Shown piece by piece: positions 38,368 through 47,942 of a stretch of DNA of 64,000 bases. The translations under genes were made by a program, and so were the position numbers. Each line of letters opens with the position of its first letter. The stretch's first letter is position 1. Below the pieces are notes generated by a model. The model was given only the letters and a program-made list of their open reading frames with translations, was not told where the DNA came from and did not search any database. The stretch is from Leptonemataceae bacterium (GTDB lineage Bacteria; Spirochaetota; Leptospiria; Leptospirales; Leptonemataceae): the NCBI GenBank assembly GCA_965227295.1, contig OZ245742.1, forward strand, positions 5,824,001-5,888,000. Direction: 5' to 3'.

Positions 38368-39093
38368 ATGATGGACTGGGAACCGGCCGGGCCCCTGCAC
38401 CCGGAAGCGCTGACCCACGGGCCGGGCGGCGGACCGAATCTCATCGAAATCTACCAGGCCTTAAAGAACAAGTATCGCAACTACGATACGAAGCACGCCC
38501 TTCGGCGCATGCAGGCCTTTCGACGTTCCGTCGCCGAACTCAGCGAGAAGGGTTTTCCCCTGGCTCTCGAAATCCTCGGCAGTATCAACTTCGGCATCGT
38601 CGAAGAAGGCTCCGACGCCGACGTCATCATCCTGCACAACTGCGATCTGCATTTGCACGACGGCGAATGCATGCCCACCTGCTCGAACCTTAAGTTCGAA
38701 CGCGATGAACTCGTGTCTCGCATGCGCCGGCAACCGGGCAGCGAAAACTTCAACATCGAAATCCTGGACTGCGTGAACCTGCGTTACGTCGAGCAGGCCA
38801 TGGCCGACAAACGCTTCGACGACTCCATTCTGTTACGCTTTATGTTCTATCGGAACATGGGCCGGCCGGTGAACCGGCCGCTGTTCATTCACATATACGA
38901 GGCGCTCGAAAGCAACCGCGAGCTTATGGACCGCTTCCGCCCCTGGGCCTCGGAAGCACTGGCCATCTACCTCAAGACCTCGGATCACCGGCATTCGTTC
39001 AGTAAGTACAACGAACGCATTGTGAACCAGGGTATCGATCTTCCGGAAGAGCTGCGGGACGAACTGCGGTTTTACCTGGAACAACGGAAGTAA
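38368..39093 (+). CDS. hypothetical protein with Pol-beta-like nucleotidyltransferase motif
   Basis: ILGSINFG....SDADVIIL (hGS..DxD). Confidence 0.6.
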   Translation: MMDWEPAGPLHPEALTHGPGGGPNLIEIYQALKNKYRNYDTKHALRRMQAFRRSVAELSEKGFPLALEILGSINFGIVEEGSDADVIILHNCDLHLHDGECMPTCSNLKFERDELVSRMRRQPGSENFNIEILDCVNLRYVEQAMADKRFDDSILLRFMFYRNMGRPVNRPLFIHIYEALESNRELMDRFRPWASEALAIYLKTSDHRHSFSKYNERIVNQGIDLPEELRDELRFYLEQRK

Positions 39094-39095
39094 CT

Positions 39096-40526
39096 TCACT
39101 TGCCATCATCAAACACAATCGTCGTGCCTTCCACGTTGATCACGTCCCCCGACTCGAGCCGCCGCTGGCGCGCGGGTTTGTTGTTCACCAGCACGTCCTC
39201 GCGACTCACCAGCGTATACGCATCACGGCCTTTGTCGTACAACACCGCCGCGTGACGCGGTTGGAGTCGTGTGACACCGCCGTGGATCGTCAGGTCACTG
39301 CCCGCCGCGCTGCCGATGATGGTACGACCGCCGTTTAACTTCAGCGACGGCGTTACGTTGCGCGCTCCGCCGGGATCCAGGACGTAGAGACCGGCCGGGC
39401 CGGGATCGTGTTCGAAATTCAGCCGCGGCAGTAAAAAGAGCCCAAGCAATGCCAGCAAGAGCGGCAAGAGCAACAACGGCGTGAGTGAATCGAGAGGCAG
39501 ACCGAACACCGTGCCCGCGTAATAAAAACGTTCCGCTTCGGCCCGGGGTTGATCGGCGACGGTGGACTTCCGTCCGTAACTTACTTTCAGAGTACGTTTG
39601 TCCGCGGGCAGCATGGTGGCCCGATACGTAAGCAGGTACTCGTTGCGAATCTGCCCGGCAATCGACGCGTAGACGTTCGCCAGTTCGTCGCTGTTGCGCG
39701 CGTCGAAGACTGCGCCGCCGGTGCTCCGGGAAATTTCCGCGAGCCGGCGATCCTTACGAAAACGACCGGTGCCGTAGTTGATCGTAAAAACGGAAATGCC
39801 CGCGCGCTCCGCCGCACCGAGGGGCTCCGTATAGTCCCAGATCTTCGTGCCGTAACGCGGATGCGCCTGGTTCGTCAGCGTATGTAACGGACGGTTCTCG
39901 CCGTCCGAGAGGACGATGATGACCCGGCGCCCGCCGATTTTTTCCAGGTCTTCCACCGCATGATGCAACGAGGCATACAGCTCAGTATAACCGTCCACAC
40001 CGGACGGCGGCACAATATCTTTTTCCAACGCCCCGTGCAGGCCGTTCCAGTCGTCCGTGAAATCGAGGTGCCGATGGTAGTGACTGTTGTAGGAAACCAG
40101 CGAGACCCGGTCGCGCTCCGGATCGATGCGATTCAGAAAGTCCCGCACGGCCTCCCGGGCGCTGTCGATGCGGCGGCGCAGTACTCCGTTGGAATCACGA
40201 TGCCGACGATACATGCTGCCGGAGTTGTCGATCAATAGCAGAAAACGGATGCCGTCTTCGTAGTTCGTGCGATGGTCGAAGTCCGTGATCTCCACGGGCA
40301 GGTACTCCGTTTCGTCTTTAGATTCGTACAGTCTGAAGTTACGCCGGGTGAGCCCGCGCACCGGGCGGCCGGAGTCGTCCGTGACGCTGACGTAGGCCCG
40401 CACGTTTTGCTCGAAGAGTAATCCCCCGGCATCGATCTGCGAAATACGCACGGACTCCGCTCCGAGGCTTGCGGTCAGCGCCAGTCCGGCGGCGATCATC
40501 CAACACAATGTCTGTTTCATATTCAT
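39096..40526 (-). CDS. exported VWA domain + TM + cytoplasmic FHA-like domain protein
   Basis: Signal peptide, MIDAS DNSGSM..T..LSDG, TM helix, IIGS..HA..VNN..L.SGD.I FHA fold. Confidence 0.88.
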   Translation of the reverse strand: MNMKQTLCWMIAAGLALTASLGAESVRISQIDAGGLLFEQNVRAYVSVTDDSGRPVRGLTRRNFRLYESKDETEYLPVEITDFDHRTNYEDGIRFLLLIDNSGSMYRRHRDSNGVLRRRIDSAREAVRDFLNRIDPERDRVSLVSYNSHYHRHLDFTDDWNGLHGALEKDIVPPSGVDGYTELYASLHHAVEDLEKIGGRRVIIVLSDGENRPLHTLTNQAHPRYGTKIWDYTEPLGAAERAGISVFTINYGTGRFRKDRRLAEISRSTGGAVFDARNSDELANVYASIAGQIRNEYLLTYRATMLPADKRTLKVSYGRKSTVADQPRAEAERFYYAGTVFGLPLDSLTPLLLLPLLLALLGLFLLPRLNFEHDPGPAGLYVLDPGGARNVTPSLKLNGGRTIIGSAAGSDLTIHGGVTRLQPRHAAVLYDKGRDAYTLVSREDVLVNNKPARQRRLESGDVINVEGTTIVFDDGK

Positions 40527-40544
40527 GGCGTTCCTCCGCTCGTT

Positions 40545-41471
40545 TCAGTAATGAAAGATCAACTTCGCTTTGCCGATGCGCACCACGTCGTCGATTTTCA
40601 GAACGTGTTCTTTTTCAATGCGATCGTCGTTGGCATACACCCGCGGCGACTCCGTCTTACGCCGGGGCGTGCGGATCGCCACGTCTTCGCCGTGAACCTC
40701 AAGCACGGCATGTTTCGAGGCCACGCCGGCATAACCGTCGAGTACGATGTCGTTCGACGAGGCCGATCCCAGGCTCAACCGCTGCCGCGAGATCAAAAAC
40801 TCCCGCCCGCGACGGCGGCCGTTCAAAAGCGTGAGCACGCCGTACGCGAAGCGCGCTTCCACGGCACCGTAGACGAATCCCAGGCAGGCGCCGAAGACGA
40901 TCAAACCCGCGAGACGCGCCGGGGCCAGTCCCGGAATCCCTAACTGTAGGTATTCTAAGATTAACCCGCCGAGGAAACCGCCGGCGCCGCCGCCGATCAA
41001 TCCCGTGCGCAGGCGTTCCTTCGAGCGGCGCATCAATGCATCGCTGACGGCGATACCCACGAAGGCGCCGAGAATCGCCCAGCCCACGGCCCGGGCGAAG
41101 GGGAAAAGCCAGAAATCTCCGGGATAACGGCCCATCTTCAACAGCACTTCACCGACGAAGAACAACAACGCCTGACCTGAAAAACAACCCGCGAGTCCGC
41201 CGAGGGCGCCCATCAGTGCGCCGCCGGCGGCCCGGGCGAGTACCGGCCCGGATGTCAGCGTACGGTGACCGCGGCCGGCGACGATGCTCTCCCCGGAGCC
41301 GAAACATCCGCCCATCAACGCCCCGAAGACCGCGCCCAGCACGACGCTGAACGCCAGGTACGAAGGAAACGACATCTGATAAAACACCGTCACCTCCGCC
41401 GCCGGCCAGGCCGCCAGGCCCGCCAGCGCGCCGATTCCAATGAACAACATTCTTCTCTTAAATACGGACAT
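40545..41471 (-). CDS. Gly-rich multi-TM membrane protein with C-terminal FHA-like domain
   Basis: Six Gly-rich TM helices; LGS..NDIVL..VASKHA..N..L..DDVVRIG. Confidence 0.85.
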   Translation of the reverse strand: MSVFKRRMLFIGIGALAGLAAWPAAEVTVFYQMSFPSYLAFSVVLGAVFGALMGGCFGSGESIVAGRGHRTLTSGPVLARAAGGALMGALGGLAGCFSGQALLFFVGEVLLKMGRYPGDFWLFPFARAVGWAILGAFVGIAVSDALMRRSKERLRTGLIGGGAGGFLGGLILEYLQLGIPGLAPARLAGLIVFGACLGFVYGAVEARFAYGVLTLLNGRRRGREFLISRQRLSLGSASSNDIVLDGYAGVASKHAVLEVHGEDVAIRTPRRKTESPRVYANDDRIEKEHVLKIDDVVRIGKAKLIFHY

Positions 41472-41505
41472 ATAATCCTCCCGCGACGCCGAGGCGCGCT
41501 AACTT

Positions 41506-42546
41506 TCATTGAACAAAGACTACGGCCGCACAACCGGCGGCCAGTACACCGAAGGTCACCAGCGAAAGGATTCGTCCGGCGTTCCGCAACACCGGCCGCA
41601 GACGAGCGCTCAGGCCGGCCTTTTTCGGCAGGCGGCGGCCGCGGCGGCGTTCGAAGATCCAGGCCCGCAGTTCTTCTTTCAGGCGCTCCGAATTGCGATA
41701 GCGCGAGCCGTAGCGGCGCTCCAGCTTTCGCACAAGAACGTCGAGATCGTCGTAACGTTTCTTCGGCGCGCGATGCATCATCGTACGGATGATGCTTTGA
41801 ACGAACGCGGACACGCGCGGGTTGATGCGTCGCGGCGGACGATACAACCCTTTCGTAATTAATGTGATCGTCTCCGGCGTCATGTTGCCGGGATAGGGTG
41901 ACTTGCCCGTTACCATCTTGTACAGAACGACTCCCAAACTATAGATGTCCGAACGTTTGTCGACGGCGCTGGAGTTTTCGATCTGCTCCGGCGACATATA
42001 GGCCGGCGTACCGAGGGTCATGTTGCGCGTGAGGCCCTCATCGTGGCTCGCGTCCGAGGTGGCGATGCCGAAGTCGGTAAGTTTCACCGCCCCGCTCCGG
42101 GCAATCAGCACGTTTTCCGGTTTTACGTCGCGATGGATCACGCCGCGATCATGGGCGTACTTCAACGCCCGGGCGATCTCACCGAGGATCAACAACGCGA
42201 CGTCGTTCGGAAGATAGCGCTCCTTTTCGATGAGCTCCGCCAGGGAGACGCCGTCCACGTACTCCATGGCGATGTAGTACGAAGCGCCTTCACGAAAATG
42301 ATCGTACACCTGCACAATGCGGTCGTCGCGAAAATCCAGCATGAGTTCCGCCTCGCGTTGGAACCGCCTGGTGAACGTCTTATTGCCGGCCAGGGTGAGC
42401 TGCTTCAGGATGATCGCCCGATTGAGCGTGGGGTGCTTCGCTTTATATATGCGTCCCATGCCGCCTTTCGCGATCATACGAATGACGGTATATTTCCCGA
42501 TGCTCGCGCTCGATGATGTGAGTGGTTTTCGTTGTGCTGCGTTCAT
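41506..42546 (-). CDS. Hanks-type Ser/Thr protein kinase
   Basis: KGGMG.IYKA, HRDVKPEN, DFGIA, GTPAYMSPEQ, SDIYSLG; C-terminal TM. Confidence 0.95.
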   Translation of the reverse strand: MNAAQRKPLTSSSASIGKYTVIRMIAKGGMGRIYKAKHPTLNRAIILKQLTLAGNKTFTRRFQREAELMLDFRDDRIVQVYDHFREGASYYIAMEYVDGVSLAELIEKERYLPNDVALLILGEIARALKYAHDRGVIHRDVKPENVLIARSGAVKLTDFGIATSDASHDEGLTRNMTLGTPAYMSPEQIENSSAVDKRSDIYSLGVVLYKMVTGKSPYPGNMTPETITLITKGLYRPPRRINPRVSAFVQSIIRTMMHRAPKKRYDDLDVLVRKLERRYGSRYRNSERLKEELRAWIFERRRGRRLPKKAGLSARLRPVLRNAGRILSLVTFGVLAAGCAAVVFVQ

Positions 42547-42547
42547 C

Positions 42548-43612
42548 TCAATTCTCCACCAGATTTTCAATTTCAAAGACGTCGCGCTCCAGCCGCACGG
42601 GCCGATGCCGCGGAATCCAGGTCACGACGAAACGATCCGGATTGTGCACCTGAACGTAACGCCCGCCCGCGCGGCGCGAAAACAGCCCGGCGACGGGACG
42701 ATGGCCGCCGAAGTACAGCGAGCAGTTCCGAAACTTCGGATGAATGTACTCTAAGATCATGTTGTGCACGCTACCCGGTTCCGAGTAATCGTCGCCGGTC
42801 CAGGTGAGCCCCGTAACGACGTCCGGGAAGTGCCGGTAGTTCACGACCTCGCCGCGACGAAAGTGGCGCACAGGTTCGGCATGGGAAATGAGGTAGTGTT
42901 TGCCCCGGGCGAGCAACGGCAGATTCTTTTCGAAACGATCGTAGGCGCCGAGGAAGGCCGGGCCGTAGAATCGTTCGAGGTAATCCGTAACCATGGGGCC
43001 TTCGAGGGCGAACTTCATGAACGGAAAGTTGCCGTTGCCCCGCTCGTTCTTAATGTTATCATGATTGCCCTTTAGATAATGAAAGTAATCAGGGAACGCG
43101 CGCTTGAGTTCGAGGACCATCTCCATGAGCCCCAGGCTTTCGCGCATCTCCTCATCCATGTGGCGGCGCTTGCGAAAGCCTTTCATGTACTCCCGCTGGG
43201 CCAGGATCCAGCGCTCGGCGGCGCGGCGTTCGGCGTGCATGCCGTCACCGACGCACACAATCTGCAGCGAACCTTCGGCCAGGCGATCCAGGACACTGAG
43301 CGCCGGCAGGCCGGGCTGCGTCGGCGACTCGAAAAAACACAGCGAGTAGATGAAATCCATGCGCGCGTGCAGGTCCGGCACGACGATGGTATCGAGGTTC
43401 GGCCGCAGGTTCAGGAGACCGCCCGGCAAACCGTCGCGGTCCACCGGTCGCGTTTGCGGATCCTCCGAAAGCAAAATCCCGGTAACGTCTTCGACGAGAG
43501 CGCGATAGTCGGCCGGCTCCGAAAGTCCGGGACGTTCCAGGATCTCGGCGATGCGCTCGGCGATGGGTGAAATCGTTGCGGTTTGCACGGGCGGTTCTCC
43601 TGTAAGTTTCAT
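42548..43612 (-). CDS. calcineurin-like metallophosphoesterase
   Basis: PDLHA, VGDGMH, KGNHD, SHAE, GGH. Confidence 0.88.
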   Translation of the reverse strand: MKLTGEPPVQTATISPIAERIAEILERPGLSEPADYRALVEDVTGILLSEDPQTRPVDRDGLPGGLLNLRPNLDTIVVPDLHARMDFIYSLCFFESPTQPGLPALSVLDRLAEGSLQIVCVGDGMHAERRAAERWILAQREYMKGFRKRRHMDEEMRESLGLMEMVLELKRAFPDYFHYLKGNHDNIKNERGNGNFPFMKFALEGPMVTDYLERFYGPAFLGAYDRFEKNLPLLARGKHYLISHAEPVRHFRRGEVVNYRHFPDVVTGLTWTGDDYSEPGSVHNMILEYIHPKFRNCSLYFGGHRPVAGLFSRRAGGRYVQVHNPDRFVVTWIPRHRPVRLERDVFEIENLVEN

Positions 43613-43622
43613 GGATCGATAG

Positions 43623-44153
43623 TTAGTCGATCACCAGCGTCTTGTTGATGTCGGCGAACTCCTGCGTCAGCACCATGGTGACGTTCGAGAGTTCCTCTTC
43701 CTGATCTTCTACGCTGAGATCGTCTTTGCATACGGCGATTTGAAACGCCGCCGAGGTACGGGACACCGGGCCTTCGTCGAACTCGACTTCGTTCCCGTTC
43801 TCCACGTCGCGGGCGAGCATGGCCGCCTCGCAATCCAGAATGTCCGGCACGTCCGTGCGCAGTCCGATGCTCGAATAGCCGGTGCTGCGACCGTCGCCGG
43901 TGAGCGGGCCGATGTTGATCAACGAGCCGGAGTAGGTCATCACCACCGCGCCGCGGGGATCGTCCTTATCGAGGCTGTCGACGACTTCCATGTCGCGCGC
44001 GCTGATCTCCCGTTCGAAGGCTTCCTGTTTGCCCAGCCAGGCCTCGGACATCATCTCCAGGGATTCGTCGCCCGCCGGCAGGCCGGAGGATTTCGTAATT
44101 CCCTTGAGGTGATCCCGCACCGCGGCGGGGATTTGTTCGAAGTAAACTCCCAT
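43623..44153 (-). CDS. acidic hypothetical protein heading the kinase/phosphatase operon
   Basis: SD ggag, protein-like composition, 10-bp gap to next gene. Confidence 0.8.
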   Translation of the reverse strand: MGVYFEQIPAAVRDHLKGITKSSGLPAGDESLEMMSEAWLGKQEAFEREISARDMEVVDSLDKDDPRGAVVMTYSGSLINIGPLTGDGRSTGYSSIGLRTDVPDILDCEAAMLARDVENGNEVEFDEGPVSRTSAAFQIAVCKDDLSVEDQEEELSNVTMVLTQEFADINKTLVID

Positions 44154-44210
44154 CGTGTATCTCCATTTATTAAGTTCGGATGACGTTGACTTACGCTGCC
44201 CGACGCAAAC

Positions 44211-44238
44211 AAGACGGCTCGTTTATTGCGGCGGTTCC
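44211..44238 (-). promoter_or_regulatory. ECF sigma-type promoter GGAACC-N16-CGTCTT
   Basis: Matches the general ECF consensus (GGAAC/CGT) with 16-bp spacer, about 57 bp upstream of the 44153 start. Confidence 0.65.
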
Positions 44239-44270
44239 CAATGCGTAAAAAATCCGCGCACGACGGCGCA

Positions 44271-44918
44271 TCATACCGCACTCTCCGCGTGCAGGATTTC
44301 CGGCCACACGCCGAGCTGCGGAATCGTTTCGAAGTCGGCGGCGCTGACACCGCGCTGTTCCAGCTCACGTAGCAACACGTGCCGGGCGCGATTCAGGCGG
44401 GACTTAACCGTTCCCGCGGGCAAGTTAAGATCCAGGCACATCTCGGCGTAACCCAGGCCGCGATAGTAGTAGCGAATCAACACGTCCCGAAAGGCCTTCG
44501 GCCGCACGGCGAGCATGGCGTCGAGTACCGTTTCAATCGAGGCGGCCAGCTCCAGGCGATACCCGGGATCGTCGAACCGGCCGCTGGTCGGGTGAACCGA
44601 GGCGTCGTCCTCATCGGAAAACTCCGCCGGCACCTCGCGGCGATCTTTGCGCAACATGTCGATGCACTGGTGCGTAACGATGCGCGCGAGCCACGGAAAG
44701 AGTTTGTTCACATCGCGGAGTTGATGGCGACGCCGGGCGGCCTTAATGATCGCGTCACTGACGGCGTCCTCGGAGCGATCCCGATCCCTTAACCGCGCCT
44801 GAGCGACGATTAAGAGCCGCTCCCGGTGCTCGTAACAGGCTTCGAGAAATTCGGCGAAGGCCGCCCGGTCTTCGGCCAGGGCCAGGGCGCCCTGGGCTTC
44901 GCTGAGACTCTGGTTCAT
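44271..44918 (-). CDS. ECF RNA polymerase sigma factor
   Basis: SEDAVSDA..WLARIV..CIDMLRK; YAEM..LNLPAGTVKSRLNRAR; SD ggagga before ATG 44918. Confidence 0.92.
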   Translation of the reverse strand: MNQSLSEAQGALALAEDRAAFAEFLEACYEHRERLLIVAQARLRDRDRSEDAVSDAIIKAARRRHQLRDVNKLFPWLARIVTHQCIDMLRKDRREVPAEFSDEDDASVHPTSGRFDDPGYRLELAASIETVLDAMLAVRPKAFRDVLIRYYYRGLGYAEMCLDLNLPAGTVKSRLNRARHVLLRELEQRGVSAADFETIPQLGVWPEILHAESAV

Positions 44919-44944
44919 GGTGTCCTCCATCATGCAGGAGGAGT

Positions 44945-44960
44945 AGCAGGAGCCGTGCCA
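44945..44960 (-). promoter_or_regulatory. sigma54 (-24/-12) promoter TGGCACGGCTCCTGCT
   Basis: One mismatch to TGGCACG-N4-TTGCW, correct GG/GC spacing, 26 bp upstream of the ECF start. Confidence 0.65.
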
Positions 44961-45041
44961 GGGTCGGCGACGGGCGTAGAAGGGCGCAAATCGGCGATTG
45001 ACGGGGGAATCGGAAAAAGTCAAGGGCCTGCCTGGTATATA

Positions 45042-45064
45042 TTTATATCGCACCCTGATATAAA
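45042..45064. promoter_or_regulatory. AT-rich palindrome TTTATATC-N7-GATATAAA, candidate activator site
   Basis: Perfect 8-bp inverted repeat 80-105 bp upstream of the sigma54 motif. Confidence 0.4.
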
Positions 45065-45071
45065 AAGTGGA

Positions 45072-45190
45072 GGGCGTTCCGGACGGCGCCAGGCCCAGGC
45101 GCCGTCCGTCGGGCCACTCCGGGCTCCGCGTTCGCTTCGGTCCTTCGGACTCGCGCTGCGCGCGACCCTGCGTGTCCCTAACGCGAAGAG
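45072..45190 (+). ncRNA. structured repeat, Flavo-1-like RNA motif (copy B)
   Basis: Homologous to 31362-31489 with a compensatory change and a variable hairpin. Confidence 0.55.
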
Positions 45191-45227
45191 TGGTGATCCG
45201 TGACACGAATTATGATCATGTCCCGAC

Positions 45228-45770
45228 ATGAAGGACCAACCGCCCATCATCATCCGCGAAACCACCGCCGCCGATTCCGAAACGATCGCGCGCATCCACC
45301 GCGCAGCCTTCGGCCAACCGGACGAGGCCGATCTGACGCTGGCGTTGTTGGATGATCCCACGGCATCGCCGCTGCTTTCGCTGCTGGCATTCGACGGCAA
45401 CACGGCCGTCGGCCACGTTCTATTCACGCGCGTGCGCATGACAGATCAGGACGTCCTCGCGCACATACTGGCACCGCTGGCCGTGGTACCCGAGCACCAG
45501 CGCCACGGCGTGGGCGGGCAGTTGATTCGCGCGGGCCTGCAAATCTTACAACAACGCGGCAGCGCCCTGGTCTTTGTGCTGGGTTCGCCGGAATACTATC
45601 CGAAATTCGGCTTCGTCCCGGACGCTGCGGCGCAGGGCTTTACGACGCCGTATGCACTTCCCGCGGAGTATCGCGAGGCGTGGATGGTGCTTAAGTTACA
45701 CGATGCGAACATTAGCGGACGTGTGATTTGCGCGGATGCGTTGATGCAGCCGGAAGCGTGGCAGGGCTAG
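45228..45770 (+). CDS. GNAT N-acetyltransferase (YhbS-like)
   Basis: VGHVLFT, LAPLAVVPEHQRHGVGGQLI, VLGSPEYYPKFGF. Confidence 0.92.
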   Translation: MKDQPPIIIRETTAADSETIARIHRAAFGQPDEADLTLALLDDPTASPLLSLLAFDGNTAVGHVLFTRVRMTDQDVLAHILAPLAVVPEHQRHGVGGQLIRAGLQILQQRGSALVFVLGSPEYYPKFGFVPDAAAQGFTTPYALPAEYREAWMVLKLHDANISGRVICADALMQPEAWQG

Positions 45771-45773
45771 ACG

Positions 45774-46193
45774 ATGGCGCACGCAATCTTCGAAATCACC
45801 GATCGCATTCAGGCCGCCGGGGAGCCGGTGGTGCACGTTCTTAAGGGACGCTGGGCCGGACTTACCACGCCGCGGATGCACGCTGTGTTGTGGCCGATCT
45901 GGGAACGGCAAATCAGCGGCGAACTTACGAAGGAAACTGCCCCGCAACTGACTGTCTGGCGCGCCGCGAACGGGGCGGCGTTTGTCGAGGGCCGCGAGTG
46001 GTTCGGCGCGATTCCGGGCGATGCGGTGCGCTCGGTGTTTCTGCTGCTGTTCGACGACGGGAGCTTGCTTGAGTTCAGTTGCGTGGATTCTTGTACGGAA
46101 ACGGAGCTGGATGTGCGCGTGTGGGATGATGGGGCGGCGGCGGCGGGCGTGGATGCTTTAATTATTTTGATAGAGAAAATAATTCTTGATTAA
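45774..46193 (+). CDS. hypothetical protein
   Basis: ORF 3 bp after GNAT stop; no motif recognised. Confidence 0.6.
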   Translation: MAHAIFEITDRIQAAGEPVVHVLKGRWAGLTTPRMHAVLWPIWERQISGELTKETAPQLTVWRAANGAAFVEGREWFGAIPGDAVRSVFLLLFDDGSLLEFSCVDSCTETELDVRVWDDGAAAAGVDALIILIEKIILD

Positions 46194-46225
46194 CCGGACC
46201 GCCCCATATCAAGAGGAACCTCGCT

Positions 46226-47227
46226 ATGTCAGATAACGCGACCTCGTGGTTACAGCCGAACATAGTCTTTATCCTGGGCTCAGGGTTCTCAAGGGCTTTT
46301 CATGATAGCATGCCGTTGACCTCGGGACTGCACAGTTATCTCGATCCGACAACGCGCACAATGATCGAGGACGAAGGCTATACTAACATTCTGGAGGATT
46401 TTGAGAGCTTATTCTCGATGTGCTTCAGCGACTATCCCTGGCTAATCCCTGAAGAAAAATTTCGCCTGAGGGCGCTCTATTATCGTCTCAGCGCTAGAAT
46501 TGCCCGAGGTCTTTATGATACCATGTCGTCACTTCCCATAACAGCTCCATCTCACATGACTAACCTGGCCTCTTTCTGGGAGGATCGCAGGTCATACGTT
46601 ATTACTTTCAACTACGACACTATAGTCGAGAGACTACTGCCCCCAAGGCCGGATAGAGACGACAACGACCTTTGGAAACTAACAATGCGTGGTCTAGATC
46701 ATAGGTTTTCGGGCGGCCTGATTGGCGGAGGTCCTCCACGGCAAGATGGGCCGACATTAATCAAGCTCCACGGCTCAATTAACTGGTGGCATTCAGGCGA
46801 TTTTGAAGATCATAGCGAGGAGATTTATTATGGAGATGCTCGCCGCAATGACGTAGTGGTCGCAGATCTTGTTCAAATGCTGATCCCTCCCACCATTGAG
46901 AAGACGCAGTTCTATCGGCATAGAATCATTCAATTGCTCTGGAGACGTGCGCGCTTTCTACTAGATACTGCCCAAATAGTAGTAGTGATTGGTTATTCAC
47001 TTCCGCCTTCTGATACACCGATACGACTACTCATGAGGCAAACGCTACGCGGAAAAAATATCATCTTCGTAAACCCGTCAACCAGCCAGTCATTTCGCCG
47101 GGACATTGTAGGTTTCTTCGAATCGGCCGGCGCCACGCTGAATCAGGATTACTTCGGGGTCGAGAACGCTGTGGGAGAATTTATCAATGAAGAATTACCG
47201 ACACTGAGAGGCCTGAAATTCCACTGA
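46226..47227 (+). CDS. SIR2-like domain protein (SIR2_2 type)
   Basis: FILGSGFS, ITFNYD, IKLHGSINW, IPP, VIGYSLP..D. Confidence 0.85.
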   Translation: MSDNATSWLQPNIVFILGSGFSRAFHDSMPLTSGLHSYLDPTTRTMIEDEGYTNILEDFESLFSMCFSDYPWLIPEEKFRLRALYYRLSARIARGLYDTMSSLPITAPSHMTNLASFWEDRRSYVITFNYDTIVERLLPPRPDRDDNDLWKLTMRGLDHRFSGGLIGGGPPRQDGPTLIKLHGSINWWHSGDFEDHSEEIYYGDARRNDVVVADLVQMLIPPTIEKTQFYRHRIIQLLWRRARFLLDTAQIVVVIGYSLPPSDTPIRLLMRQTLRGKNIIFVNPSTSQSFRRDIVGFFESAGATLNQDYFGVENAVGEFINEELPTLRGLKFH

Positions 47228-47231
47228 TCCC

Positions 47232-47942
47232 CTACTCCACATTATCCATATGCCTCACGTCTTCGCCGGTACTCAACCGCACAAGTTCTTCCCCGACGTT
47301 CACCGCTAAATCCCCCACCCGTTCCATGCTCACGATAATTCGGTACAAATCCGCAAACTGCCGGCGGGTCATCGACTCATCGTCGACGTACTTTTGAAAC
47401 GCACGATCGCACAGGCGGTCCAGTTCTTCGTCCACGGCCTGGATGGAACCGAAGAAACGGTTCTTTTCTTCGACCAGGGACTCCACCGCCATGCCGACGA
47501 TGGTGGTCATCCGCGATTGAATGAGACACATGATCTCGTCGTCGTGGAAGATGCCGGGGCGAATGAGGCCGTTGCGAAAGGAAGACGCGGCGTTGACAAC
47601 GTTGTCGCCCAGACGTTCGAGGTTCCGCGTAATGCGGATGGCCGAAAGCGCGAACCGCAGCGGGTCCCGCAGCAGAATGCGGTTCTCGTCCAGGTTCTCC
47701 ATGCCCATGGCCCGCCGCGTGGCGACGGCCTCCAGGATGGCGTTCTGGGAAATGTTGTCGTTTTCCTTTTCGAGGCGGTCCAGCTCATCGTCACGATCGA
47801 TGACTTCCTGCGCCATGTCGTAGTCGTCTTTCTCAAGACTGTCACCGAGCATCAAAACCTGTTCGAGCACCAGCTCCGCCATGCTGGACAGGTTGCGCTT
47901 GAGGTAGTCGAACTTGGGATGAGTGGCAACGGCGGGGGACAT
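47232..47942 (-). CDS. phoU: phosphate signalling protein PhoU
   Basis: Duplicated D..LD.L / LER.GD...N repeats. Confidence 0.88.
   Translation of the reverse strand: MSPAVATHPKFDYLKRNLSSMAELVLEQVLMLGDSLEKDDYDMAQEVIDRDDELDRLEKENDNISQNAILEAVATRRAMGMENLDENRILLRDPLRFALSAIRITRNLERLGDNVVNAASSFRNGLIRPGIFHDDEIMCLIQSRMTTIVGMAVESLVEEKNRFFGSIQAVDEELDRLCDRAFQKYVDDESMTRRQFADLYRIIVSMERVGDLAVNVGEELVRLSTGEDVRHMDNVE

Noticed and set aside
45228..47227. Integron cassette array
   Set aside because: No attC-like RYYYAAC...GTTRRRY sites between the genes and no integrase
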